A stretch of DNA of 64,000 nt from Sphaerochaetaceae bacterium (lineage in GTDB: Bacteria > Spirochaetota > Spirochaetia > Sphaerochaetales > Sphaerochaetaceae). Within the stretch, counting starts at the first letter, position 1; each line of letters starts with the position of its first letter. This document shows positions 8,018 through 18,334 of this stretch, piece by piece. The stretch is from assembly GCA_963677735.1 (NCBI GenBank), contig OY782505.1:3192770-3256769 (forward strand), given 5' to 3'. The notes beneath the pieces are model-generated. The model saw nothing but the letters and a program-made list of their open reading frames with translations, made no database searches and was not told where the DNA came from. The position numbers were made by a program, and so were the translations under genes.

Positions 8018-9002
8018 TGAATCAGTAGAATTAGTATTAGCCTTTTTCGCTTGGACCTCTCAAGAGATGGGAGAATCATATTTTATGAATCAAATCCCTA
8101 AAGAAATAATTGAGTGGAAAGATAATCAAAATAAAAAATATTCTAACTTTTTTTTAGAACAATCAAAGTTATTGAGCTCAGAATTTCTTTTATTAATCTT
8201 TTCATTAATTAAGATTATTAACGTGAATAAAATTAATAGTGTTGATGAATTTATTCAATATTTGTCAAAGCTATCGGGAAAGTCTCTAGCTAAATATGTA
8301 ATTATGGGCGAGGATTTTGATTATGATATAGATCAATTAATTGAAAATCCTAAATTAGGTAAAGAAGTGATTGATAAAGCTGATGGAACAGTTAGAAAAA
8401 ATGAGGATGAACTATTTGTTGATTTTTTAAGCCACCCTGATTTTTATAGAGAACAATTATTTATACATTTAAAAAAGTTTTATAAATATTCAGTTCTTCC
8501 TTATCAAAAAGATATTTCTAAAAGAATGAATAGGCTATTAGAAGAAGAAAAAAAATTTGCTTTAAAGAATAAAAAAGCTTTTTTTGAGACAAGATTACAT
8601 TATAATACCCAATCAAATTGGGAAAATTTTCCAGAAACTATATACATTAGTTATTATGATTGTCTCGATTCTATACATATTAATTTACCATCTTTAGTAA
8701 TTTATGGTTGGAAAAATAAAGATTTCAATTCTAATCCTAATATTGAAGAAATCTATGGATTAATTACAGATGAAACGAGAAGAAATATTATTAAAGGTTT
8801 ATCAAAAAAAGATATGTTCAGTCGTGAAATTTCTGACAAATGGAATCTTTCACCATCAACTGTTTCATATCATATGAATAAGCTATATTCATTGGGATTA
8901 ATTAATCATAAACCAGGTCCAAGAAAGCGCTTATATCATGTTCTAAATAAAGAAAAACTTAACCAATTACTAGAATATTTAAAAAAGGATTTAATGGGAT
9001 AG
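8001..9002 (+). CDS. ArsR/SmtB-type winged-helix regulator with a ~250-aa N-terminal extension (DUF5937-like architecture)
   Basis: GTG start with AAAGGAGA RBS, overlapping the MFS stop by 17 nt. C-terminal wHTH DETRRNIIKGLSKKDMFSREISDKWNLSPSTVSYHMNKLYSLGLINH. Confidence 0.7.
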   Translation: MNLQYNESVELVLAFFAWTSQEMGESYFMNQIPKEIIEWKDNQNKKYSNFFLEQSKLLSSEFLLLIFSLIKIINVNKINSVDEFIQYLSKLSGKSLAKYVIMGEDFDYDIDQLIENPKLGKEVIDKADGTVRKNEDELFVDFLSHPDFYREQLFIHLKKFYKYSVLPYQKDISKRMNRLLEEEKKFALKNKKAFFETRLHYNTQSNWENFPETIYISYYDCLDSIHINLPSLVIYGWKNKDFNSNPNIEEIYGLITDETRRNIIKGLSKKDMFSREISDKWNLSPSTVSYHMNKLYSLGLINHKPGPRKRLYHVLNKEKLNQLLEYLKKDLMG

Positions 9003-9173
9003 AATAATTAATTATTTTGATGTTTGAATGAAAGTTTTAAAAAAGTTGATTTGTCCATTTTAAACTCTTTATGTATATACTTAGAGCTGTTATGCATTTA
9101 ACTTATTTAGGATTTACATAATATAAATTAATTAAAACAAAATTTATAAAGAACAAAAAGGATAAAAAGTAAT

Positions 9174-9692
9174 ATGAATAAAACAGAATTAATAAAAGAT
9201 ACTAGCTCTATAAATATTTTGCCAATAGAGAAATGTGATATAAATAAATATTTTATTGCAATCAAAGAAATGGATGAAGAAGCTAAATATTATACAAATA
9301 CTTTGCTTGATTTTACTTTTAGCCAGATAGAAGAATATGTTTTAAAAATTGAAAAAAGTAATTCAAGGAACCTTTTTTTAATTATTCTAGGAAATGAATA
9401 TCTTGGAGAAGTGGCATTATCAGATATAAGTGATAAGTCTTGTCATTTTAGAATATGTATATATAAAAAAGAAAATTTTTCAAAAGGATATGGTAATTTC
9501 GCTTTGAATTGGATAATTCAATATGCTTTTTCTACACTAAACCTTAGTGAAATTGAGCTAGAAGTTTATCCTTTTAATAAAAGAGCAATAAACTTATATG
9601 AAAAATTTGGATTTAAAGAAACCCATAGAATTTTTGATAATTCAAATTCTAAACCATATGATGAAATTATTACAATGTTGCTAAAAAAATAA
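9174..9692 (+). CDS. GNAT family N-acetyltransferase
   Basis: 172 aa. GNAT-like core (LGEVALSDI..., SKGYGNFALNWIIQYAF, NKRAINLYEKFGFKE). Confidence 0.75.
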   Translation: MNKTELIKDTSSINILPIEKCDINKYFIAIKEMDEEAKYYTNTLLDFTFSQIEEYVLKIEKSNSRNLFLIILGNEYLGEVALSDISDKSCHFRICIYKKENFSKGYGNFALNWIIQYAFSTLNLSEIELEVYPFNKRAINLYEKFGFKETHRIFDNSNSKPYDEIITMLLKK

Positions 9693-10368
9693 AATTTAAA
9701 ATATTTAATTTGTTTAAGTTCGAATAGAATTTGACTTATAATTTAATTTCATAAATCCTTTTGATTATTAAAAACACATTTTTTATTTTACGTTTTATTG
9801 ATTAAATAAATAGAAGTTTTTTAGATTAAATTTAAGAAAAACAGCTAAAAGATATTTAAAAGTAAATTCAACTTTTAGATTTAACACTAAATTAAATAGT
9901 AGAAAAAGTGAAACATTATCTAAAAAACAACAAATATGATTGTTGTAAATTTAATTTAATAATCGGTTAAAATTTTAAAACATAATGATCTGTTGTATAA
10001 AATGTATTTGAAAAAGGAATGCTAATTTTTTCAATTGATATTTAAAGTTTTACCATCACAATAATACAATTTATCAGGAAATTGAAATTATATAATTAGA
10101 GATGCAATTATTTAAATTCTTTTAAAATTGCTATTTACAACTTTAAATTCTATAAAAAAGTATATTAGCTTTAGAGAGATAAAGTTTGCCTTTAATAGAG
10201 CGATAGTTTAATTCTCGTTAATGAATTAGTCATTTTATAATGTGTTTTACTATATATATTTTAAATTTTTTATTTGATTTAATTTATTATTTATTTTTTA
10301 ACTGTAAATAATTTTATTTTTTTAACTTATAAGGTTCTTTTCCCTTGTGATAAAACTATATCAACTGT

Positions 10369-10399
10369 AATGTTAATGATATAAAGTATCATTAACATT
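10369..10399. promoter_or_regulatory. Perfect 13-bp inverted repeat (operator or 5'-leader hairpin) upstream of the RND operon
   Basis: AATGTTAATGATA-taaag-TATCATTAACATT. It ends 33 nt before the adaptor start codon at 10433. Confidence 0.45.
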
Positions 10400-10432
10400 G
10401 TTGTTTTACGATACACTACAACGAGGTGCCAT

Positions 10433-11530
10433 ATGAACCGTGCAGTAAACATTTTATCGATTAGTTTAATATTATTTATTTCTTTAATTTTTTCTTCATG
10501 CACAAAAAATGTAGAAGAAAAAGATTTTCTTGTGATAGATGAAGTTTCAGCAGTAACTGACTACACTCAAGTAGTATCCTCAGCTGTTGAAATAAGAAAA
10601 GCCGCTTTGCGGGATCGTGTGCTTGCTAGTGGAACTATTCAAGGCGTCGAGGAAGTAAATATCAAAGCACGGACTTCAGGCGTTATAAAATCAATAGATT
10701 TTAATTTGGGTTCAAAATTGGAAAAAGGCCAAGTGCTTTTAGTCTTAGATGATACAATTCCATCATTGAACGTTAGTCAGTTGAATAATCAGTATGAAAA
10801 TAGCGTAAAAGAACTTAATGCAAATAAACAATTATATGATCGAGGAGCTATCTCGCTTGTTCAATTGACCCAAACTCAAAGCAATGTTGATGGTCTTAAA
10901 GCTCAACTTGAACAAGTTAAAACTAATCTGAATAATACAAAAATCATAACACCTATAGCTGGTAGTGTGGCAGAGAAAACCAATTTTGTTGTTGGTGATT
11001 TAATACAAGCGGGAGAGTCAATTGTTAGAGTTGTAGATCTTGAACATCTTCGAATTACTGTTGCTGTAGGTCAAAAACAACTCTTCCTTATTAAGGAAGG
11101 TGCCCCAGCTCTCATTACTATTAATACACCTACAGAGATTATTGAAGCACAAGGAATTGTAAGTGGTATCAGTGCTAGCAGTGATTCAAGAACAGGTAGT
11201 TGGTCTGTACTTGTAGATTTTACTAATCCAAAACCTTCTGTTATTAAGGCAGGAATTAGTGCTGATGTAATAATTTTTAATGAAGATGCACCAATTTATA
11301 CATTGGTACCAAACTCTGCAATGGTTTATCGCGATGGGGTAACTTCAATATATATGGTAGATGGCAATAGTGCAAAACAGGTTAATGTGAAAGTAATTGA
11401 CCAATACGGAGACCAAAGTGCCATTGAAAGTCTTGATGAAAATATTGACCTCGTAGGAAAGAAAGTACTAGTAAGTGCGCTCTCTCGTATTTTAGATGGT
11501 ACCTCTGTAGTAACACAAGAAAACTTATAA
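10433..11530 (+). CDS. Efflux RND transporter periplasmic adaptor subunit (HlyD/AcrA family), lipoprotein
   Basis: Lipobox LIFSSC. Lipoyl/barrel-sandwich and coiled-coil pattern, with TKIITPIAGSV. GAGGTG RBS. Confidence 0.85.
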   Translation: MNRAVNILSISLILFISLIFSSCTKNVEEKDFLVIDEVSAVTDYTQVVSSAVEIRKAALRDRVLASGTIQGVEEVNIKARTSGVIKSIDFNLGSKLEKGQVLLVLDDTIPSLNVSQLNNQYENSVKELNANKQLYDRGAISLVQLTQTQSNVDGLKAQLEQVKTNLNNTKIITPIAGSVAEKTNFVVGDLIQAGESIVRVVDLEHLRITVAVGQKQLFLIKEGAPALITINTPTEIIEAQGIVSGISASSDSRTGSWSVLVDFTNPKPSVIKAGISADVIIFNEDAPIYTLVPNSAMVYRDGVTSIYMVDGNSAKQVNVKVIDQYGDQSAIESLDENIDLVGKKVLVSALSRILDGTSVVTQENL

Positions 11531-11541
11531 AGGAACAGATT

Positions 11542-14500
11542 ATGGATAACCAAAAAAGATTTAGTATTGGTAGATTCTCTGTAACCAAGCCGGTGATGGT
11601 AAATATATTAATGATAACCGTTCTACTATTAGGTGGCTTAAGTTTAGCACGTCTACCACAAGAACAGTTTGCAGAGATTCCATTTTTTTGGGTCAACGTC
11701 ATTGTTCCTTATCCTGGAGTTGGAGCTGAAGATTTAGAGTCATCAATTACTATCCCAGTAGAAAACGCATTTCAAGGTATGGATAAACTTAAGAAAATAA
11801 GCTCAACCACTAGTGAAGGGCTTAGTGTTGTTAGGGTTGAATTTGATGATGGTATTAGTCAGCAAGAGTTTAATTCTCTTTATCAAGAGGCTCAAACTAG
11901 GTTCAGTCAAGTTGTATTACCAGATGGTGTTCTTGACCCTATTGTTGATGATTTTTCATCATCTGACTTTCTTCCTGTTATTGAGGTTGTAATCAGTGGT
12001 AATTTACCATATGAGCAATTAAGAGAACAAGCTGTATCCCTACAGAATAAGATACTAAAGGTAAAGGACGTCGCTGATGTTGAGTTACTTGGACTTCCTG
12101 ATAGACAGATTTTAATTAACTTGGATAATAGTAGTCTTATTTCTAAGGGGTTGAGTGTTAATGAAGTTGTTAGAGCTATTTCTGATCAAAACAGTGTTAT
12201 CCCTAGTGGAACATTAAATACGGGTTCAAGGGAGTATCTTTTAAGGACTCTTGGTTCAATTGATAATGTATCTGACTTCGGTTCTGTAATTGTAAGACGT
12301 TCTACAGATTCCTCAGGATTAGTAAGAGTTAGTGATGTTGCAGAGGTAGTTGATGGCTTTGATCCAGATTCATCTCTTGCTCGTTTCAATGGTAACCCTT
12401 CTGTAAATTTAAGGGTTATTAAAGTTGTAAAAGGTAACTCAGTTGATATAGTAGAAGGTGTTACTAAAATTGTAGAAGAAGAGAGAATGCAAAATAATGT
12501 AGGAGCAAAGATTACTCTATTTAATGACTCAACTGTCCAAATCGCTTCAAGTTTAAGTGTGCTTTCTACAAACGCAATTATGGGGCTTTTTTTACTAGTT
12601 CTTATCCTTTGGCTATTTATTGGACTTCGTAATGCTCTAATAACAGCTTTAGGTATACCTGTAACTTTTGCTTTGACATTTCTTGTTTTAGACTTACTAG
12701 GAGAGACAATAAACACAAATACTTTATTTGGTCTAGTTTTAGTTTTAGGGCTTATAGTCGACCATGCAATTGTAATTATAGAGAATTCTTATCGGTTACA
12801 GTCTAACGGACTTCTACGTCATGATGCAGCAATAGAGGGGTCAAATCAAGTTATATGGCCAGTTGTTGCGGCAACAGCAACAACTGTAGCTGCCTTCTTG
12901 CCTCTTATGCTTCTACCAGGGACTATTGGAAAGTTTCTCAGAGTTATTCCTTTAACCGTAACAATTGCTCTAATAGTTAGTACTGGAGAAGCCCTTTTCT
13001 TTCTCCCAAGTCATTATGCTGAGTGGGGGCCAAGAGAAAAGAAGAAAAGGAAAAAAGAACCCGGGATTTGGTTTATTAAAATACAGAGAGGTTATTCTAA
13101 ATTCTTTGCTAAGGTTTATAAATTTAAAATTCTCGCCCTTATTCTTGCTTTAGTGCTTACAATTGGTGTCTTCTCTCTAATAGGATCTCTACGTCAAGAT
13201 CTTTTTTCAGCTGAAGATTATTCCTATTTCAATATTGAGATACTAACTCCGCGAGGTACTTCTTTAGATCAGACAAATATAATTGTTGAACAGTATGAGG
13301 ATATTCTGCTTAATAAGGTAGGAAATGGTGAGATAATGTCTATTAGTACTAAGATAGGGACATTAGGAAGTGGAGAAGCTAATTCCACTCAAGCTCAAAT
13401 AACTGTTGACCTTGCTGAGATTGGTGAAGGTAGAATGAGAAGTATTGATGAAATTATTTCTGAAGTTCAAAATGAAACCTATTATCTAAGTGGAGTTGAA
13501 AAGGTGTTTTTCCGTAAAGCACAAAATGGCCCGCCTACTGCAGATCCTCTGAGTTTTCGTTTCTCCGGAGATGAGTATAAGCAGATTATTGATTCATCAA
13601 ATGCTATAGTAAATTTGTTGAACTCCATTGATGGAGTAACAAATGTCGAGAGTGACTTTATAGCAGGTAGCCCTGAACTTCGTATTATTATTAATCAAGA
13701 ACGTGCAAGCGCACTTGGAATAACAGTGGCTAGTGTAGGCTCCTATATTCGTGCTCGATTTGATAATATACCAGCAGGAATTCTCTTTGAGAAGAATGAA
13801 CAAATAGATATTGTAGTACGTTTTGCGACATCTGATTCTAGACAGTATGAAAATCTTGAGCAATTATTGATACCCACAGATGATGGAAGACAGATTCCTT
13901 TATCTAGCATTGCAACCATTAAACTTGATAATTCCTTAGGATCGATTCGTAGGGTTGAAGGTAAACGTGAGATAACAGTTACTGCAAATGCTGTTGAATC
14001 CTTAGATCTTCAACAGGTTAACCAACGAGTAGAAGAACTTTGGAATAAAAATCTATCTAGCCGTTATCCTAATGTATCTTTTAAAGTAGGTGGAGAATTT
14101 GACGACTTTAATACTTTAATATTTGATATACTAAGAGTCTTTATACTTGGAATATTTTTAATCTACCTGATTCTTGGAACACAATTTAATAGTTATAGTC
14201 AGCCTCTATTGATATTATTTTCTATACCGTTTGCCTTTATTGGTGTTGTTTTATATTTATTTATTTCAGGTACTCCACTTTCAACAACAGTTATCTACTC
14301 TAGTGTAGCATTGGCAGGGATTGCCGTAAATGATGCAATTGTGTTGATTAGTTTTATTAATGAATTGAGAGCGACTGGAATATCTGTCAAGGAAGCTATA
14401 TCAGAAGCAGCTAGAACAAGACTTCGACCTATTATACTAACATCCTTAACTACGATTGTTGGCCTATTGCCAACAGCGATTGGAATAGGTGGTTACTCTG

Positions 14501-14628
14501 TAGTTTGGTCGCCTATGGCTAGTACTATTATCTTTGGATTAATATTTTCTACACTAACTACATTGTTCATAATTCCCATTCTATATGGAACTATATATGA
14601 CAAAAAGAAGAAGAGGAGTGAAGCATGA
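11542..14628 (+). CDS. RND efflux pump inner-membrane permease (AcrB/AcrD/AcrF superfamily)
   Basis: 1028 aa. Duplicated architecture: TM1, large periplasmic loop, then 5 TMs, twice. The N-terminus FSVTKPVMVNILMITVLLLGGLSLARLPQEQFAEI is typical. Confidence 0.9.
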   Translation: MDNQKRFSIGRFSVTKPVMVNILMITVLLLGGLSLARLPQEQFAEIPFFWVNVIVPYPGVGAEDLESSITIPVENAFQGMDKLKKISSTTSEGLSVVRVEFDDGISQQEFNSLYQEAQTRFSQVVLPDGVLDPIVDDFSSSDFLPVIEVVISGNLPYEQLREQAVSLQNKILKVKDVADVELLGLPDRQILINLDNSSLISKGLSVNEVVRAISDQNSVIPSGTLNTGSREYLLRTLGSIDNVSDFGSVIVRRSTDSSGLVRVSDVAEVVDGFDPDSSLARFNGNPSVNLRVIKVVKGNSVDIVEGVTKIVEEERMQNNVGAKITLFNDSTVQIASSLSVLSTNAIMGLFLLVLILWLFIGLRNALITALGIPVTFALTFLVLDLLGETINTNTLFGLVLVLGLIVDHAIVIIENSYRLQSNGLLRHDAAIEGSNQVIWPVVAATATTVAAFLPLMLLPGTIGKFLRVIPLTVTIALIVSTGEALFFLPSHYAEWGPREKKKRKKEPGIWFIKIQRGYSKFFAKVYKFKILALILALVLTIGVFSLIGSLRQDLFSAEDYSYFNIEILTPRGTSLDQTNIIVEQYEDILLNKVGNGEIMSISTKIGTLGSGEANSTQAQITVDLAEIGEGRMRSIDEIISEVQNETYYLSGVEKVFFRKAQNGPPTADPLSFRFSGDEYKQIIDSSNAIVNLLNSIDGVTNVESDFIAGSPELRIIINQERASALGITVASVGSYIRARFDNIPAGILFEKNEQIDIVVRFATSDSRQYENLEQLLIPTDDGRQIPLSSIATIKLDNSLGSIRRVEGKREITVTANAVESLDLQQVNQRVEELWNKNLSSRYPNVSFKVGGEFDDFNTLIFDILRVFILGIFLIYLILGTQFNSYSQPLLILFSIPFAFIGVVLYLFISGTPLSTTVIYSSVALAGIAVNDAIVLISFINELRATGISVKEAISEAARTRLRPIILTSLTTIVGLLPTAIGIGGYSVVWSPMASTIIFGLIFSTLTTLFIIPILYGTIYDKKKKRSEA

Positions 14629-16202
14629 AAAAATATCTACTACTAATATTAAGTATCCTATTCTCTGTTGCATCATCTTTTGCTGCAACTAACTATCCTT
14701 CTCTAGATATACAATATGAACTAGAAAATGAAGATGAAGTTGTTCTAGATCAAGAAAGCTTGAATACATTTATTCAACAATGGCAGGATGATTCTATTAT
14801 CACTTTCTCTGATGCAGAAAAAGAGTTGTATATTGCTCTTAGAGAGAGAAATATAGATCTTGAACAATTACAATCATTATATAATATACAACAAGAGCAG
14901 CTAGAGTATCAAAAGAGAGAGCAAGGTTTCAAGATAGGGCTTACTTCTCAACCCCTTTACTCTATAAGTAGAAGTATTAACCAAACTTCTACTGGAGGTT
15001 TTGATCTTTCCAATACCTTTGGTTTAGGTGCCTCAATCTCTAAACAACTTAGCACAGGGGCAGTTGCAACTTTAAGTGCAGCTCAAAAGTCTAGCTTAAC
15101 GAAAAATAGCACAACAGGATCTCAGTGGACGTGGACACAGAGTCCCTCCGCAAACCTTTCTTTGAATCAACCCTTATGGATTGGTGATGGTTTAATAGAT
15201 GTAGATTACTCGAAAAAACAGATAGAAAAATTAGTTATATCATCTGAGAATGCAAAGCTTTCTTATGACCAACTTTTAGAAGCCCTTGTCACTCAGGGAA
15301 ATAGCCAACTATCAGCCCTTCAAGCTCTGAAAGAGAGAAGATTTCTTCTAGGTGAGCAACTTATCATAGAGCAATCTTTAATTAAAGACGCTAAGAAAGA
15401 TTTAGAATCAGGTTGGATAAGTCGCAACTCATATGATGTAAGAGTTCTTAGCATCAATCAAATACGTTACTCGCTTGATGAGATTGAGAGGGAAATTGAC
15501 TCTCTAAAAAATTCCCTAGAAACTATATGGGGGAGCGATGATTTTCCTAAACAAATCATTATAGATAAGCAATTATTTGATAGATTACCAACAATTATCT
15601 TTGATAAAGAACAGCTTTTAAATATACTTTTAGCAAATGATTTTGCCTACGCACAGGCAACTAGACAACTGCGTTTAGCTGAGATAGATGCAAAGTTAAA
15701 GAGTCCAAGTGATGCTCCAATGTTAAGCTTATCTCTTCAAATCTATCCTTATTATACTCCAAGTACAGGAGCAGATTTCTTTACATCTTTCGACAATATG
15801 TTTACTAGTAGTGAGAATATATTTTCTTTATCAATAGGTTTTAGTGCTTCAGACCTTTTTCGCTCTGCTACTAATCTATCCTCCTCTATGGCCTCAGAGT
15901 CTGTTTTACAGGCAAAGATAGAGGTTGAGAAGGCTCGTGATGATTTAGAAATACAGGTTGAAGAGATTCAAAGAAATATTAAAGGTTTATTGCTCAACTT
16001 ATCAATTGCTCAGTATGAGTTTGAGCAACGCACAAATGATATAGAAGTGGAGCGAATTAGATTTGATATAGCAATGGCAAATGAGAGTAGTATAAAAGCT
16101 AAAGAAATTGCTTGGTATGACTCTGCCTTTAAGATTTTGCAAACCTTACGCGAGCTAAACTTGATAGCCTTAGACTTAAAAGCTAGAGGATTAGAGTTAT
16201 AA
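14625..16202 (+). CDS. TolC-like outer membrane efflux protein
   Basis: Start overlaps the RND stop (ATGA). Signal peptide ...SVASSFA. Long coiled-coil-rich repeats typical of outer membrane factors. The sequence is divergent. Confidence 0.7.
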   Translation: MKKYLLLILSILFSVASSFAATNYPSLDIQYELENEDEVVLDQESLNTFIQQWQDDSIITFSDAEKELYIALRERNIDLEQLQSLYNIQQEQLEYQKREQGFKIGLTSQPLYSISRSINQTSTGGFDLSNTFGLGASISKQLSTGAVATLSAAQKSSLTKNSTTGSQWTWTQSPSANLSLNQPLWIGDGLIDVDYSKKQIEKLVISSENAKLSYDQLLEALVTQGNSQLSALQALKERRFLLGEQLIIEQSLIKDAKKDLESGWISRNSYDVRVLSINQIRYSLDEIEREIDSLKNSLETIWGSDDFPKQIIIDKQLFDRLPTIIFDKEQLLNILLANDFAYAQATRQLRLAEIDAKLKSPSDAPMLSLSLQIYPYYTPSTGADFFTSFDNMFTSSENIFSLSIGFSASDLFRSATNLSSSMASESVLQAKIEVEKARDDLEIQVEEIQRNIKGLLLNLSIAQYEFEQRTNDIEVERIRFDIAMANESSIKAKEIAWYDSAFKILQTLRELNLIALDLKARGLEL

Positions 16203-16604
16203 GAATTTGGAATGCTTTTAGTCTTAAAAAAACTAGAAAAACAGTTATTGATTATAAAGTTGAATCACAAAGTATATATTTAAATTGTAAATTATTATCA
16301 ACTTGTTTGATTTATCAATTCATGGATTATGTCTACTAAATAAATAAAATATTGAAGAATTGTAAAGCAACTTTAGCTATAGGGAAAATAGTTTATATAC
16401 ATTGATGAATATTTTTAAATCTAACGGGAATTTATCTATTTTAATGAAAGCTTTATGTTTCTAGATATATCTTGGTTTTAATATATTTAAAACAATGTAT
16501 TATAAAAATGTTAATGTTTGTTTAATTTTTATTTATTAAATATTTTTTATAGATAAATTAAAAATATAGTTTTGTTATGGTAAATTAGAATGTGAATTTT
16601 ATAT

Positions 16605-16634
16605 TGCCATTTCAAGGTTGTTCTTAAAATGGCA
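16605..16634 (-). terminator. Hairpin downstream of rubrerythrin
   Basis: TGCCATTT-14 nt-AAATGGCA, 15 nt beyond the stop. The U-tract is weak. Confidence 0.35.
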
Positions 16635-16648
16635 TGAATTTAATACAA

Positions 16649-17203
16649 TTAAAACTCTACGTATTGTTCTCTTTTCGCACCACAAACAGGACAACGTTCT
16701 GGAGCAATATCTAAGACTGTGTGACCACATACAGGACAGATGTAAATCTTATCTAATTCCATATCATGACCAGCTTGAGCTGCTTCTTGTGCTTTTTTAA
16801 ATAGTTCAACATGAATTTTTTCAGCTTCTAGTGCAAAATGGAATGAGCGTTTTGCACCGGGTTCTTTTTGGAATTCAGCTGTATTTAAATATACAGGATA
16901 CATTTGTTTTACTTCATGAACCTCACCATTTATCGCGCCTTGAAGGTTATCTACAGTTTTTCCAACCCCGAAAACACCACCACCTGTTACAGCAGCATCT
17001 GAAGTAGTTCCACCTATTTCTTTAAAATGGTTTCCTGCATGTACACTTTCAGCATAAGCTATAGCTTTAAACAATCTAGCAATATTATTAAAGCCTTCTT
17101 TTTTTGCCATGTCGCTCCAAATTAAGTAGCGCATGTGTGCCATACTTTCACCACTGTATGCAGAATGGAGAAATTCTGAAGTCATTGCATTTTTTACACT
17201 CAT
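16649..17203 (-). CDS. rbr: Rubrerythrin
   Basis: Ferritin-like di-iron helices (AYAESVHAGNH, ALEAEKIHVEL) plus a C-terminal rubredoxin-like CPVCG...CPVCG. I chose ATG 17203 (MSVKNAM...) with an AGAGAGG RBS. The ORF track extends to 17287. Confidence 0.9.
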   Translation of the reverse strand: MSVKNAMTSEFLHSAYSGESMAHMRYLIWSDMAKKEGFNNIARLFKAIAYAESVHAGNHFKEIGGTTSDAAVTGGGVFGVGKTVDNLQGAINGEVHEVKQMYPVYLNTAEFQKEPGAKRSFHFALEAEKIHVELFKKAQEAAQAGHDMELDKIYICPVCGHTVLDIAPERCPVCGAKREQYVEF

Positions 17204-17509
17204 ATAAATACCTCTCTTGATAAATTTAGGGTTACTATTAGTTACACCTATTAATTTAACGATAATCCTGCTTCTTATTAATGTCAAATAAAATAACCTA
17301 TATAGTTAGGGAATAAATGTGAAAAAAAGTGTTTTTAATTGATATTATATATGTGTGAATATTTCTTTATACTAAAAATTTTAGATGTAATATATTACCT
17401 AAGAAGTTGTACTTTTAATTAGTGGTATTTATATGCAGTAACTTTTTATATATATAAGAGTATAGATTTTTTACTTTCTAAGTGGGATAGTCTTTTCTTA
17501 TATTACTTG

Positions 17510-18334
17510 TTATTTTACACTTCCCATTGTTAATCCTCTAACTAAATGTTTTTGTGAAAGTAGTCCGAAAATAATTAAAGGGAGAACTGTAATTATACCC
17601 GCTGCACTCATCGTTCCCCAATCAATTGATTTTTCACTTACAAATGAATTTACTAATACTGGTAAAGTTTGTGTATGTTTACCACTTAGAATTAGAGCAA
17701 AGAAAAATTCATTCCAAACCAATAAAGAAGCCAAAACAGCTGTTGCAGCAAGTCCTGGAGCAGCTAAAGGTATGACAATTTTCCGCAAAGCATAAAATCT
17801 ATTACAGCCATCAATCATAGCTGATTCTTCTAAAGATTTCGGTATATCTAAAAAGAACCCTCGCATCATCCAAATAACAAAAGGAAGAGATAAAAATATT
17901 CCCATTATTATTAGTGCTATATATGTGTCTGCTATATTTAGTTTAATAGCAATAAGAAAGAATGGAATTACCAATACAACTGGAGGAGTCATTCGAGCTA
18001 AAAGAATAAAAAGCAGTAGTTTTGGACTATTTTTTAATTTAAATCTAGCTAGTGCATAAGCAGTTGGTGTTCCAATTATTATTCCTAAGATTACAGACAA
18101 CCCTGTTACAATACAGCTATTTATAAAACTTTGAATAAAAATTTTATTTGAGAAGAAAGTAATATAATTGTCTAAGCTAGGGCTAAAACCAAACCAAGTT
18201 GGTGAAAATTGAGCACTTTTGGGTTTTAAGGACGTTACAAAAATCCAAAGAATAGGATATAGAGTCCAGACCATTAAAAAAACTACTACTAATAAATAAA
18301 TAATCTTTTTTTTCATATCTTTAGTATTTATCAT
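17510..18334 (-). CDS. Carbohydrate (CUT1) ABC transporter permease, MalG-like
   Basis: 6 TMs and an EAA loop (LEESAMIDGCNRFYALRKIVIPLA). Confidence 0.85.
   Translation of the reverse strand: MINTKDMKKKIIYLLVVVFLMVWTLYPILWIFVTSLKPKSAQFSPTWFGFSPSLDNYITFFSNKIFIQSFINSCIVTGLSVILGIIIGTPTAYALARFKLKNSPKLLLFILLARMTPPVVLVIPFFLIAIKLNIADTYIALIIMGIFLSLPFVIWMMRGFFLDIPKSLEESAMIDGCNRFYALRKIVIPLAAPGLAATAVLASLLVWNEFFFALILSGKHTQTLPVLVNSFVSEKSIDWGTMSAAGIITVLPLIIFGLLSQKHLVRGLTMGSVK

Noticed and set aside
12186-12716. 176-aa ORF antisense to the RND pump gene. Similar antisense ORFs lie at 11326-11553, 11382-11702 and 13597-13863.
   Set aside because: They lie fully inside a gene with strong family support on the other strand. 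Their composition is low-complexity Ser/Thr/Ile-rich, they have no RBS and no recognisable motifs. These are typical shadow ORFs.
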